A stretch of DNA of 41,703 bases from positions 1-41,703 of the forward strand of contig RFHM01000075.1 of NCBI GenBank assembly GCA_003696865.1. The letters are read 5' to 3'. The translations under genes were made by a program, and so were the position numbers. Shown here piece after piece: positions 7,619 through 17,167 of the stretch. This DNA is from Acidobacteriota bacterium. Lineage in GTDB: Bacteria > Acidobacteriota > Blastocatellia > HR10 > J050. How positions within the stretch are numbered: position 1 is the first letter of the stretch; every line of letters begins with the position of its first letter. The notes beneath the pieces are model-generated. The model worked only from the letters and a program-made list of their open reading frames with translations, did not search any database and was not told where the DNA came from.

Positions 7619-9505
7619 TCAATCCGGTTCGTGGCCGGGATTGATGGTCAGTCTGTCCAGCTCCCGCACGGTGACGAAGGGCACATAGCCTTTGGCTCGC
7701 GATCTGGCGTAAGCATCGTCGATGTGCGCCGGAGTCGTGGCATAGTCGATGGTCAAGACCAGCTTACCGGCCTCCTTGATGACATCGAGATAGGCTTCCA
7801 GTTCGGCAGTGATGTTCGGTGGTGTCGGTTGGTCGTCTTCCTCGTAGCCGTAGTAGACTTCTTCCTGTCCGATTCCGTCGACAATCTCCAGATAAGTGGG
7901 GAACGAGGTGGCCAATTCGGGCGCGTTTTGCGGGATGATGAGGAAATCGGGGTCGCGAGCGCGGGCGTGGGCGGCGATGGTTCGGACGAAGGCGACCATC
8001 TCCTCGGCCGCCGTCGTGCGGCCCCGGTCAGCATAGTATTGGTACGCGTCGATGAGATCCAGATAGGCTCCATCGAAGCCGGCATCGATCAGCCGATCGG
8101 TGTATTCCAGGATGATGGCTTGCCATCTGGGGTCCCAGTAGTGAACCTTGTAGTTGCCCGGCCAGTCCGGGTTCTCGACGTCCAGCCAGGAGGGGTGACT
8201 GGGCCGCCACCACCATCGCCAATAGAAGCGATAGTCTTCGGCCTCGCCGATGCTCATATAGGCCAGCACGATCTTCTCTCCGCCGGGACTGTGCCGGAGA
8301 GCTTCGATCTCCGCCGCCGTGAATTCGCCCGCTTCGCTACCATCGGCGGAATAATCCATCACCACCAGATCATAGGCCGTATCGCCGATGGCCCGCAGGT
8401 CGAGATTCTGGAGTTGGTAAAGGAAATCATTGACGCTTTGGAGGCGAGGCGGTTGGCCGTCGAGCACGTCCGGCGCGGCGATGCGCCACAGGCTGGCGGG
8501 CGTATCTTCATCCTGGCCACGATGAGACTCGAAGGCGATCCACTCCCCATCGGGCGACCAGGAGGGCGCGCCATCTTCGCGGGTTCGGTCGCGAGTGACG
8601 CGGATCGGCGTGCCGCCCTCGGCGGGAATGATGAAGAGATTGGGCACAGGGAGCCCACCGTGGTCAGAGGAATAGACGATCCATCGACCATCAGGCGACC
8701 AACTGGCGTCGGTATCGCTGGAGGGAGCGGTAGTCACCGGCCGGATATCGCTCCCATCGGGCGACATGGTGTACAGGTTCCAGTCGTCACTGCCAAGTGA
8801 GCGGCGCTGAAAGAGGATGCGATCACCGGTCGGTGACCAATTGGGTTGACGATCGTCGGTGCTGCTCCGGGGCCCATCGGTCAATTGCGTCAACTCGGTG
8901 CCGTCGGCGCGCACTTTCCAGATACTGGCTCGCTGCTCCTCATCGGGCGCGTCGGTGTCAGCTTCGAACACAATCCACTCACCGTCCGGTGAAAAACTCG
9001 GCTCGATGAAGTAGCCCGGTGTCGTATGATGGGTGACGCGGAACAGCCCGCCACCATCGGGAGCCATGGTCCAGATTTCGTCGATGTCCTGGCGGTCTGA
9101 GGCGAAAGTGATGCGGTTCGTCGCTGCGTTCCAACTGGAGCCGGGCAGGTTGACGCTATCGTGACCCTCTTCGTCTATCAATACAACCGGGTCGCCGCCA
9201 GTCATGGGGATCACATAGAGGCCGGCCGGTCCATCATTGTAGCCAGTGTGGAATAACGTGAACAGGAGCGTTTGACCGTCAGGCGAGAAAGCGGGGTTCT
9301 GCGCGCTGGCCCTCCCGGTGGGATCATAGATGAGTTCGGCCCCATCTGTCCGGTGGTGGTCTCGATGCGCGCTGAGGTTGCTCCCCGCACGTTCCACACC
9401 GGCCAATTCGCCGTTGGAGCGTAGGAGATCACCAGCGCCGGAGACCGCAAGTCCCATCCAGGGCACAAGAGATGCCACCAGGGCGAGAATGACCGTCGCT
9501 CGCAT
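7619..9505 (-). CDS. Secreted fusion protein: TolB-like (PD40/WD40-like) beta-propeller plus GH114-type (TM1410/endo-alpha-1,4-polygalactosaminidase-like) glycoside hydrolase domain
   Basis: Signal peptide MRATVILALVASLVPWMGLAVSGAG. PD40 repeats FSPDGQTLLF, FSPDGEWIVF, WSPTGDRILF, WSPDGRWIVY, WSPDGEWIAF. The C-terminus YQLQNLDL...DLVVMDYS...LAYMSIGEAEDYRFYW...NPDWPGNYKVHYWDPRWQAII...GFDGAYLDLIDAY is the GH114 pattern. Start at 9505 after GGAG. Confidence 0.75.
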   Translation of the reverse strand: MRATVILALVASLVPWMGLAVSGAGDLLRSNGELAGVERAGSNLSAHRDHHRTDGAELIYDPTGRASAQNPAFSPDGQTLLFTLFHTGYNDGPAGLYVIPMTGGDPVVLIDEEGHDSVNLPGSSWNAATNRITFASDRQDIDEIWTMAPDGGGLFRVTHHTTPGYFIEPSFSPDGEWIVFEADTDAPDEEQRASIWKVRADGTELTQLTDGPRSSTDDRQPNWSPTGDRILFQRRSLGSDDWNLYTMSPDGSDIRPVTTAPSSDTDASWSPDGRWIVYSSDHGGLPVPNLFIIPAEGGTPIRVTRDRTREDGAPSWSPDGEWIAFESHRGQDEDTPASLWRIAAPDVLDGQPPRLQSVNDFLYQLQNLDLRAIGDTAYDLVVMDYSADGSEAGEFTAAEIEALRHSPGGEKIVLAYMSIGEAEDYRFYWRWWWRPSHPSWLDVENPDWPGNYKVHYWDPRWQAIILEYTDRLIDAGFDGAYLDLIDAYQYYADRGRTTAAEEMVAFVRTIAAHARARDPDFLIIPQNAPELATSFPTYLEIVDGIGQEEVYYGYEEDDQPTPPNITAELEAYLDVIKEAGKLVLTIDYATTPAHIDDAYARSRAKGYVPFVTVRELDRLTINPGHEPD

Positions 9506-9882
9506 AATCAACTCCGTTTCTCGTCCATGGTAAACCAAACAGCGGTCTTCCTGCCAGCATATGGGGATCATCGGGCACGAGACCATGATGCCCGGATAGC
9601 GCCAACCGTTCAAGGGTGTTACGGGTGGGGTGAGCATGATCCACCTCCCTGCCGGGTTGTGCGCTCTCGTCTTATGAGGTTCCTTCCTCGCCGCCACCGA
9701 TCCCACATTTCCAAGTTGCACTGGTGGGATTGTTTTGGTCCCTCAAATCAGGCCAGAGACGAACCGTGTATTCGTTTCCGGACTTTGGCAATTCTTGCGA
9801 TTTGGGTAAAAATTGCCAGAGTCCAGTCCGCTGATAGACTTGGGATATAGGAGTCGGTTCATTCGATTTTCATTTCTGATTA

Positions 9883-12507
9883 TCACCGCCATGCCACGCA
9901 TGTTGCAGTGCGCTGGCCCCCATTGTTTTGGCTGGAACCCCAAACGTCGAGGCGCTTGCCGCTGGGTTGAGTAACGAGAGCATCATGGTTGATGTCCGCA
10001 GCCATGGTGCAATCGATCATCAACACGCCGCCGCTATCGGCTTGCATATTCCCACCGCTGCTGACCGTGACCTCAATTGCGCTCCCCACCGTCTGCGTGA
10101 CAACGCTGTAGCTGCCCCCCGGTGTGAGACCGGTGATGTAGTGGGTGCTCACGGTCACTGGCGCGTGATAGGTCAGACCCGTGAAAGCGTCGTCCAGATT
10201 GACGGGGAAGAGAATAGCCGTTTCGCCCACCACCGCACCGTCGAAGGAAGTCCCGCTGGTGCTTTGCACCAGGGAAACGGCCGTTGCGCTCGCCCCCGCA
10301 TCTGCGCCCTCCAGCACGTGCAGAAAGCGCACATCGGCCGGCCCGCCGGCCGCTTCCACCCGCAGGCGATATTGCATCGGCTCGTCCTCCGCCACCTCGT
10401 CGGGGAAGGGTTCCATGGCCACGGCCGCCATATCGGCCTTGGCTGGGAGTAGATTAGTGATGAACAACTGCTGACCGGAGGCGGTCACGGCGGTGGCCCG
10501 CCGGCCATTGACGATGGGTTGGACGGGCAGGTTGAGCCAGAAGCGCTTGAAGCGGCCGGCCGTCGCCGACGTGGCCCGGTCGTAGATTATGATCACATCC
10601 GGTTGCAGCCAGAAGAGCGAGCGGCTGGCGTGCAGGATGTCGTCTGACCCCAATTCGGTGGCATTGTACAGGTTCGTGGCGTCGCCCAGCACATAGACGT
10701 AGCCGTCCCCGAAGCTGTGCGCCAGCAGTTCTCCGTCACCATCATTGACGTACAGGTACTGCGAGCCGTGCCGAGAGCAGTTGTACTGGAAATCGTCAGT
10801 GGGGACGTCGGGCGGGTCGTTTTCTAGCGCTAGGGTATTGTGATAATCGGAACGGCCAGTGTTGCAGCCCCAGGGCTCTTGCGAACCATCCCAGCCGACG
10901 CGCCCTTTGGTCAGCCATTCGCCGTGCCGGTAGAAGCCGAATTGATTGCCTTCGGCCAGTTGGTGATCAATATTGATCCAGCCGATGAGGTAGCTGAGCA
11001 TGGCGGCATCCGGTCCCCAGTCGGTGCGGGCCAGGATGCGACCGATGCCCGGCGCGTAGTAGGTCGTTCCCAGGCCGGTGTGCGGGTCGATGGGTGTCGC
11101 AGCGGAGGGATCGAAGAGCAGGAAGTAGAGGATGGCATTGCGGAAGACTTCGGCATCGCGCACCCGATCCAGCAGATGGGATGCGCCGCCGGGCGGGGTG
11201 TTCGTTTGGATCCAACGGATGGCGTTCAGGCGGGATGTGTTGCCCCGCAGGTCGTCAAAGACGCCCATGGGTCCAAACACACCGATGAAGTCGGGTGCCC
11301 AGTAGTGCTGACCGTCCCCGTACCAGGCGGGGCGGTAGGCGTCGCCCAGCCAGGAGGAACTGGCCTCCGTGCGCGGGCTGAGGGAGTGCAGCAGCGCCGG
11401 GATCATCGCGTCCCAGAAGGGGTTGCCGCCCCAGTTCACTTGCGAACCGCGTGTCGTCGGGTCGGCCTCTCCGGCGGTGTATAGCGCCAGCATAAAATGC
11501 GCCATGAATCCCAGTGACTCCGGACCGTACTCCCATCCTTCCGGCGAAAAACCGCCCTCCGCCTCGGTGCGTAGCATGTGATCCACCACGTACAGCCAGG
11601 CGCCAGTGGCGCTATCCAGGTAGGCGCCCAACTGCCCGCCGGGGTCGTTGGCCGGGTCGAGCGCCAGGCTCATCAAGCCAATCTGGCGCATGTGGGCCAG
11701 ATAGTAGTTGTTGGCCGACCAGCGCACGCGCACGGTGTCGCTGATCAGCACCGGGTCGTTGAGGATGCCAGCCGGCTCCGGGTGATTATAGGCGGTGACG
11801 TCGGCGCGCATGTTTTCGTCCGCCCAGCGCAGAAAGACTTGGCGGATGGTGGCTTTGTCCTGAGCGGTGAGATATGGGTAGATCCAGTCCACCGTCAGGG
11901 GGAAGCCCTCGCCCCACCAACGGGAACGATCGTAGATGGAGAAGGCGGGGTCGCGGAAGGGCTGGCCGTCGGCTGCGCCCTTGGCTGCCTCGTTCATCAC
12001 GTACATGAGCAGGGTGCGGGCGCGTTGAGCGTAGTCGTCGCGGATGGCCTGGTCGTTTTCGATCAGCGACATGAAGGCGAAGAGCATGGCGTACATCTCA
12101 TTGGGATACTGCTCCCAAGTAATGCTGCCGCTGTCGCCGGAGGGGAGGTGACCGGCGTCCATATCGGCCTTGGCCTGAGCGGCGAGCACGGCCAGCCCGT
12201 TTTGGTAGATCGGGTTATTGGCCACGGCCCAGGAGCGCAGGCGGGGCAGATCGCTGGCGCGCACCCAGAGGCGGGGATGGCAGCCAACTGGCGGGATGAT
12301 GGTCGCGGAAGGCGAAAGCCGTAATGTGGGCGTTCTCGTCGCTGTGGCCGTCGCCATCGGCGTGGACGCGGCAGATGTGGCGGCGCTCGCCTCTGACTTT
12401 ATGGAGGAGGGGATGATCGTTGCACTGCCGTTGAATAGTAGTATCGCGCTGAGAAGAAACAACGCGAGGGCCTTGTTGGTGTGGCGCTGACTCGGTGAGT
12501 TTTTCAT
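9883..12507 (-). CDS. Secreted heparinase II/III-like polysaccharide lyase family protein
   Basis: Signal peptide plus a Thr/Ala-rich linker, then an alpha/alpha-toroid-like N-terminal half. NIDHQLAEGNQFGFYRHGEWL....SDYHNTLALEN resembles the Hepar_II_III motif (H.H.D..sF......vD.G...Y...HNT). Start at 12507 after GGAGGAGATTTGAA. Confidence 0.55.
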   Translation of the reverse strand: MKNSPSQRHTNKALALFLLSAILLFNGSATIIPSSIKSEASAATSAASTPMATATATRTPTLRLSPSATIIPPVGCHPRLWVRASDLPRLRSWAVANNPIYQNGLAVLAAQAKADMDAGHLPSGDSGSITWEQYPNEMYAMLFAFMSLIENDQAIRDDYAQRARTLLMYVMNEAAKGAADGQPFRDPAFSIYDRSRWWGEGFPLTVDWIYPYLTAQDKATIRQVFLRWADENMRADVTAYNHPEPAGILNDPVLISDTVRVRWSANNYYLAHMRQIGLMSLALDPANDPGGQLGAYLDSATGAWLYVVDHMLRTEAEGGFSPEGWEYGPESLGFMAHFMLALYTAGEADPTTRGSQVNWGGNPFWDAMIPALLHSLSPRTEASSSWLGDAYRPAWYGDGQHYWAPDFIGVFGPMGVFDDLRGNTSRLNAIRWIQTNTPPGGASHLLDRVRDAEVFRNAILYFLLFDPSAATPIDPHTGLGTTYYAPGIGRILARTDWGPDAAMLSYLIGWINIDHQLAEGNQFGFYRHGEWLTKGRVGWDGSQEPWGCNTGRSDYHNTLALENDPPDVPTDDFQYNCSRHGSQYLYVNDGDGELLAHSFGDGYVYVLGDATNLYNATELGSDDILHASRSLFWLQPDVIIIYDRATSATAGRFKRFWLNLPVQPIVNGRRATAVTASGQQLFITNLLPAKADMAAVAMEPFPDEVAEDEPMQYRLRVEAAGGPADVRFLHVLEGADAGASATAVSLVQSTSGTSFDGAVVGETAILFPVNLDDAFTGLTYHAPVTVSTHYITGLTPGGSYSVVTQTVGSAIEVTVSSGGNMQADSGGVLMIDCTMAADINHDALVTQPSGKRLDVWGSSQNNGGQRTATCVAWR

Positions 12508-12981
12508 TTCAAATCTCCTCCCCATTCTTTGACTTCCCGGGCCTCGTCTGGTGATCTGTTTGCCGAATGGCCGGAAGCGCTAATGACGAGCTTGTTAGCC
12601 AGACGGGCATGATAGATGCAGAGATGTCTTCCGATTGACTCTGCTGCCTGCTCCTGATTGCCGGTGAGCCACCGGTCGAGCTTCGACGGGTGCCCGTAAG
12701 CCGGACTGCATCTGCCAGTGTGTTGATCCGGGCGCTACCCCCGCACTCTGAGCCATCGGTGGTCGCCTGTCCACGACTTCTCCTCATTCTCCGCCAGCGC
12801 AAGGTAGTGATGGTGATCCGGTCGGTTCGCTTCATCTCCGACTCCACGTCCTCCTGGTGTCTGAGCCGTGAGCGGCCGGACATTCCCAGGTTCTCCCAAC
12901 GCTCATCTTCAGCATACCAAAGCGCAATGGGAAGGTCTTGATAAAACTGTGAAGAAATGATGAGGAAATCATGAGGAAGTT

Positions 12982-13098
12982 ATGACATTGGAGCGGAGGC
13001 GCGAAGTAGGCGATGCCTCGGTTCAGAGGTTTCGTCCTTGAGGTGAGCCAGCATCGTCTCGAGTGAGGCGGGCGAGAGATCTATCGGCGATCGGGATC
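12982..13098 (+). pseudogene. Remnant of the 5' end of a CadC/OmpR-type winged-helix regulator, paralogous to the gene at 22194
   Basis: 13019-13098 aligns without gaps to 22221-22300 (CGGTTCAGAGGTTTCGTCCTTGAGGTGAGC.. versus CGGTTCGGAGAATTCGTCCTCGATGTGAGC..), translating to RFRGFVLEVSQHRLE*GGREIY versus RFGEFVLDVSERQLRHGEQEIY. It is out of frame with its own ATG (37 versus 27 nt upstream), has an in-frame TGA, and similarity is lost after about 13100. Confidence 0.65.
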
Positions 13099-13344
13099 GT
13101 TTAGCGTAGGCCGAGCTGTCGACCCAGCCTTTGAATTAAGCGATGTCCGGCTGGCCGTTGATCCTGAGCTGGACCACTGCGCACGGACCCGAAGTTCATC
13201 CCCTCGCTCTCGCGCGTCCGGTTCCACTGGATTATGGTTTGTCGGGTCTCCCCGGAAACATCATCGGCCATCCATCATCGGTGATCACGTCTCACGCCCT
13301 CTTCTCTTCGCGCTAAGAGGTGAGAGGCTCCCGTCCGATCAGGG

Positions 13345-15270
13345 TTAGGGGAGGGAAAACACGCCATTGTTGCCGCCAGCGTAGATCCGTCCTGTTGTAA
13401 CATCATGAGCCAGCGCGTTGACCCTGGTATCGCCCGGGAGGCCCGCGCTCATCGCCGTCCAGGTGCTCCCCCCATCGGTGGACGTGAATACTCCCCGGTC
13501 GGTGCCCACGAGAAGGCGGACGGGCGCACCGGGGAGGAGCAACAACGAATAGACCGTCAAATTCGTCAGACCGGCGTTGGCGCTTTGCCAATTCAGACCT
13601 CCATCGGTGCTTTTGTAGACGCCGTTCCGCTCCGTCCCCGCGTAGATGGTGCTCGCATCCGTCGGATCGATGAGAAGCGCCCTGATGGTCGTGTGGTCCG
13701 GCAGCCCCTGGTTGACCGTCTGCCAGGTGATGCCTTCATCGCTCGACATGAAGACGCCGTTCCGCTCCGTCCCCGCGTAGATGGTGCTCGGACTGGTGCT
13801 CGGTAGAGCGAGGGCGTAAACCGTGTTCTCGTTCAAACCCTGCATCGACCAGGTGGCTGCTCCATCGGTGGTTTTCCATATGCCGCGATCGCTGCCCGCA
13901 TACAGCGTATCGGGATGGGAGGGATCTATGGCCAGTGAATAAATGATCGCCGATCCGCGCGGCAATCCCTGGTCTGCTGGAAACCAACTATTGCCTCCGT
14001 CAGTGGTCTTGAAGATCGAGCCGCTGTTGCCACAATAAAGAACATGGGCATCGGTTGGATGCCTCACCAGCACATGGACGGGGGGATAGAAGATCCCCCG
14101 ATTGGTCATGGTCCAGGTTATGCCGCCGTCGGTGCTCTTGAAGATGCTCGGGCCATAGGTTCGAATACCGGCATAGATGGCACTGGTATCGGGATCGAGT
14201 ATCAGGGAGCTGACCTCATGACCCGTCAACCCAGCGTTGGATGCCACCCAACTCGCCGCTCCATCGGTGGATGTGTAGAGGCCGTATTGGAAGAGTCCCG
14301 CGTACACGGTGTGAGTGGTGGAATCCACCGCCAGCGCATGGACCATGGCACCGAACGGGAGTCCCTGATTTTCCTCCGTCCAGGTTTGACCTCCATCCGT
14401 CGTCTTGAAGACGCCGTTGCCTTGTGTGCCCAAATAGACGATATCAGGATGCCTGGGATCGATGGCCAATCGGAAAGCCTGAGTCGAGCCACCGTCGCCA
14501 GCCAGCGTCCAACGCGCTCCTCCATCGGTCGTTTTGAAGACACCCTGGGAGTTGGTGGCGGCATAGAGGGTGTTGGGTCGGGTCGGATCGAGGACGAGGT
14601 CCCAGACGAACAGATCTCCTAATCCTGTTAAGACTGGCGTCCAGTTCGCTCCGCTATCAGTACTTTTGTAAACGCCACCCTCTGTCGTCGCCGCATAAAT
14701 GATATTGGGAGATACGGGATTGAGGACCAGCGCCGACACGAACTTCGTTCCCAACCCGGACGAAGCATCGGCCCAGGTGGCTCCGCCATCGGTGCTCTTG
14801 AACACGCCGCCCCAGGCGCCGGCGTAGAGAGTGCTGGGGTTGGCCGAATTGACCGCCAAGGCCGTCAAGTAGGTTCTGGTCAATCCCTCATTGCTCAGCG
14901 TCCAGGTCGCGCCCCCGTCCGTGCTGAGGTAAAACCCCTGGGCGGTTGTTGCGTAGATATGATCGGTGGTCTGGGAATCGATGATGATCTCGCTGTAGAT
15001 CGTGGGCTTGGCCAGGCCCGTTTTATTCCAGCTCGCGCCGGCATCCGTGCTCTTGAAAATGGCCACGCCCTCAGCACCGACGTAGAGCGTGCTGGCGTCA
15101 GTTGGGTCAATGGCGATAGCCTCAATGTAACCTCCGTAGGGGCCGAGCGCCGTCCACATCGGTGATCCCGTTTGACCCGACGTTTGGGGCGAGGAAAGAG
15201 CGAGAGCAATGGCCATGACCATCGCTCGGACAAGGCCATTATGGCCGCGGAATGGCGATGCATCTTTCAT
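13345..15270 (-). CDS. Secreted BNR/Asp-box repeat beta-propeller protein (sortilin/GH74/Ycf48-like)
   Basis: About 13 S/TxDxGxxW Asp-boxes (STDAGASW, STDGGATW, STDSGANW, TTDGGARW, TTDGGQTW ...). Signal-like N-terminus. Start at 15270 after GGGAGGTGACGAATATC. Confidence 0.8.
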   Translation of the reverse strand: MKDASPFRGHNGLVRAMVMAIALALSSPQTSGQTGSPMWTALGPYGGYIEAIAIDPTDASTLYVGAEGVAIFKSTDAGASWNKTGLAKPTIYSEIIIDSQTTDHIYATTAQGFYLSTDGGATWTLSNEGLTRTYLTALAVNSANPSTLYAGAWGGVFKSTDGGATWADASSGLGTKFVSALVLNPVSPNIIYAATTEGGVYKSTDSGANWTPVLTGLGDLFVWDLVLDPTRPNTLYAATNSQGVFKTTDGGARWTLAGDGGSTQAFRLAIDPRHPDIVYLGTQGNGVFKTTDGGQTWTEENQGLPFGAMVHALAVDSTTHTVYAGLFQYGLYTSTDGAASWVASNAGLTGHEVSSLILDPDTSAIYAGIRTYGPSIFKSTDGGITWTMTNRGIFYPPVHVLVRHPTDAHVLYCGNSGSIFKTTDGGNSWFPADQGLPRGSAIIYSLAIDPSHPDTLYAGSDRGIWKTTDGAATWSMQGLNENTVYALALPSTSPSTIYAGTERNGVFMSSDEGITWQTVNQGLPDHTTIRALLIDPTDASTIYAGTERNGVYKSTDGGLNWQSANAGLTNLTVYSLLLLPGAPVRLLVGTDRGVFTSTDGGSTWTAMSAGLPGDTRVNALAHDVTTGRIYAGGNNGVFSLP

Positions 15271-15290
15271 GATATTCGTCACCTCCCGTG

Positions 15291-15322
15291 AAAATAAGAT
15301 GGCGCAAGTCGACAGCTTGCGC
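15291..15322 (-). terminator. Rho-independent terminator-like hairpin between the CARDB and BNR genes
   Basis: The minus strand reads GCGCAAG-CTGTCGA-CTTGCGC followed by CATCTTATTTT. A second hairpin, GTGGCC-N5-GGCCAC, lies just upstream. Confidence 0.4.
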
Positions 15323-15564
15323 TCCTTCATCTCCACTCGTTCGGTGTGGCCCGCGAGGCCACGGGTGACTCCTGTGATCATGAGTGGAGGAATGGGCAAA
15401 AGGGAGAATGGGGAAATAAGGGTGTATCTCCCACTGGCTCACCCATCCACTCTTCCACTGTGATCTGCGCCGGCATCTCCAGACTGTGGGGGGTCTCTTT
15501 CATGTTGGTCATCAACCACAGAACGCCCTCCCATCAGCCGACTAGAGTTCGCCGAATGGGCTCC

Positions 15565-16362
15565 TTAGCCAGGGATCGTTTCACAGGTTTTATTATTGGT
15601 TTCGTCTGACTCTCCCACCAGATTAGTTGCGTCGGCTGTGCCACATACGGTGCAATCGGGATCAAAGCAGTTCTGATTCTGTGTCACCGTGGTGGTGAGC
15701 ATCACTGAGTCCCCGGCGCCTAGAGCTGGCGTGGCCACATCGATTGGAACCCCATTATCCGTCTTGATGCGCGTCAGCGATGTTCCGGCGTTGGCGGATC
15801 CCATATTGGCCACCCTGAGTGTGATTCTCAGATTCAAAGATCCCGGAACGAACTCCACTTTGTCGATGGATCGAACGACCAGGTCGGGTCGATCGGCCGT
15901 GCGGCGTCGGGGAGAGATGCGCTCGATGTCGAGTGTTTCGACCGCACCGGTTGCACCGGCCGCCGTGTACACGGCTACCACATCTAATTCGACGTCGCTC
16001 TCGATAATGACGAATCCCTTGACGAAGTCGGCTCGAGCCGGTACTCGTTCAAAAATGTCCGAGCAATCAATTTCCAGTGCTTGATCCCCGCCCAGTCGAG
16101 CACCAAAAAACGGTGACACCGGGCCGGGCCGCTCGCCTGGTAGAGCAACGGCGAATTTCTTCAGGAAACTGATCGCTTTCTCGGTCGGGTTGTGGACATT
16201 AATCGCGGTGAAGTATTGCCCCGGCGCCACCACGTCGCCATCCGATTTTCCACAAACGAACTTGACCGCGTACTGCAGTGGGGCTTGTTGGGCCGTAGTG
16301 ACAGTGGGGACCGGAATCAGCGTCATGAGAAGAAATAAAGTGATTACAGCAAGTCTTGTCAT
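15565..16362 (-). CDS. Secreted protein with a C-terminal CARDB-like domain
   Basis: Signal peptide MTRLAVITLFLLMTLIPVPTVTTAQQ. The C-terminal PDLVVRSID...LRVANMGSANAGTSLTRI...LGAGDSVMLTTTV fits the CARDB pattern. I cannot name the N-terminal domain (YAVKFVCGK...YFTAINVHNP...VKGFVIIESDVELDVVAVYT). Start at 16362 after GAAAGGAGGAAC. Confidence 0.65.
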   Translation of the reverse strand: MTRLAVITLFLLMTLIPVPTVTTAQQAPLQYAVKFVCGKSDGDVVAPGQYFTAINVHNPTEKAISFLKKFAVALPGERPGPVSPFFGARLGGDQALEIDCSDIFERVPARADFVKGFVIIESDVELDVVAVYTAAGATGAVETLDIERISPRRRTADRPDLVVRSIDKVEFVPGSLNLRITLRVANMGSANAGTSLTRIKTDNGVPIDVATPALGAGDSVMLTTTVTQNQNCFDPDCTVCGTADATNLVGESDETNNKTCETIPG

Positions 16363-16830
16363 GAGAGAGTTCCTCCTTTCCGTTCCAATTCCGGGCTTAT
16401 ACGGCATCGTTTACCTGGCGCCACCTCTCCCGAGCACATGTTTTAGACATTGACTTCGGCAGTGTGCTTAATTGCCGGGATCCCCCGACGTCGAGGCTGG
16501 GTGCGCCAAGCCTGAGTCGGAGAGAATCATGACCCGCGCGATTCTGCAAATAGTTTTTCTCTTCGTCACTGATGGTCACAGATCCCCTCCTTGGCATTAG
16601 CATAGAAACACCAAACCGTCATTCATACAGGCAAGCTGCGTGCCACCCGAATGGCTGTTGCCCGCTTTCGGGTAAGTATCGGTGGTTCAGCAGATTGAGA
16701 GTATCATCCTGGAGAGTAGGGGGAGCGCGACCCGAAAGTGTTAGGGAATCTCGCCCAGCCATCGGGTTATTGGGCGCACTCGCCCACAGAGAACAGATTG
16801 TGGAAAGGTTCCCGCTCGTAAGGTCGATGC

Positions 16831-16990
16831 TTCCTCTCATCCGAAAATCACCACCGAGGCGCAGAGCACGCCGAGATCCTCCAACAGGCTCCTCTCATCC
16901 TCTCGGCGTGACTCCCTCGAAAATAGACGACGGACGACCGGTGCTTGATGTGGCTCGGGCGCGCCATGGGCGACTCCCTCGAAAATAAGG
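16831..16990. repeat. Copy B of the dispersed intergenic mosaic repeat (more degenerate)
   Basis: Contains gaaaatcaccaccgaggcgcagagcacgccgagatcctccaacaggctcctctcatcc, then gactccctcgaaaatagacgacggacgaccg, then gatgtggctcgggcgcgccatgggcgactccctcgaaaat. These modules are shared with 1-167 and 40321-40527. Confidence 0.75.
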
Positions 16991-17167
16991 ATGGCGCGAG
17001 TTGTCAACCTGCGCTATTTCGCTGTTCAGCCATCTCGTGATGTACGCGAGCACATGGGGACCTCAACAATCCTCCGGGAGCACCAGCACCCCGCCTTCCT
17101 CGCTCGTCTCTGAGAAACGGCCTGCCGGAGGCGTGCACCCCAGATCCCACCTCTCAGTCGTAGAGCG

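Noticed and set aside
7631-8800. 389-aa plus-strand ORF
   Set aside because: It is antisense to the TolB-GH114 fusion gene, with a shadow-ORF composition.
9787-9817. Inverted repeat GGCAATT-N17-AATTGCC, including TGGCAA-ttct-TGC that superficially resembles a sigma-54 element
   Set aside because: The GG-to-GC spacing is 10 rather than 12 nt. As a terminator for the lyase gene it lacks a U-tract and has a 17-nt loop. The evidence is too weak to call.
12509-12941. ORFs of 124 aa (minus) and 83 aa (plus) in the long gap upstream of the lyase gene
   Set aside because: Both are Arg/Ser-rich with no motifs, RBS or homology that I can see. I looked for a transposase or integrase remnant and found none.
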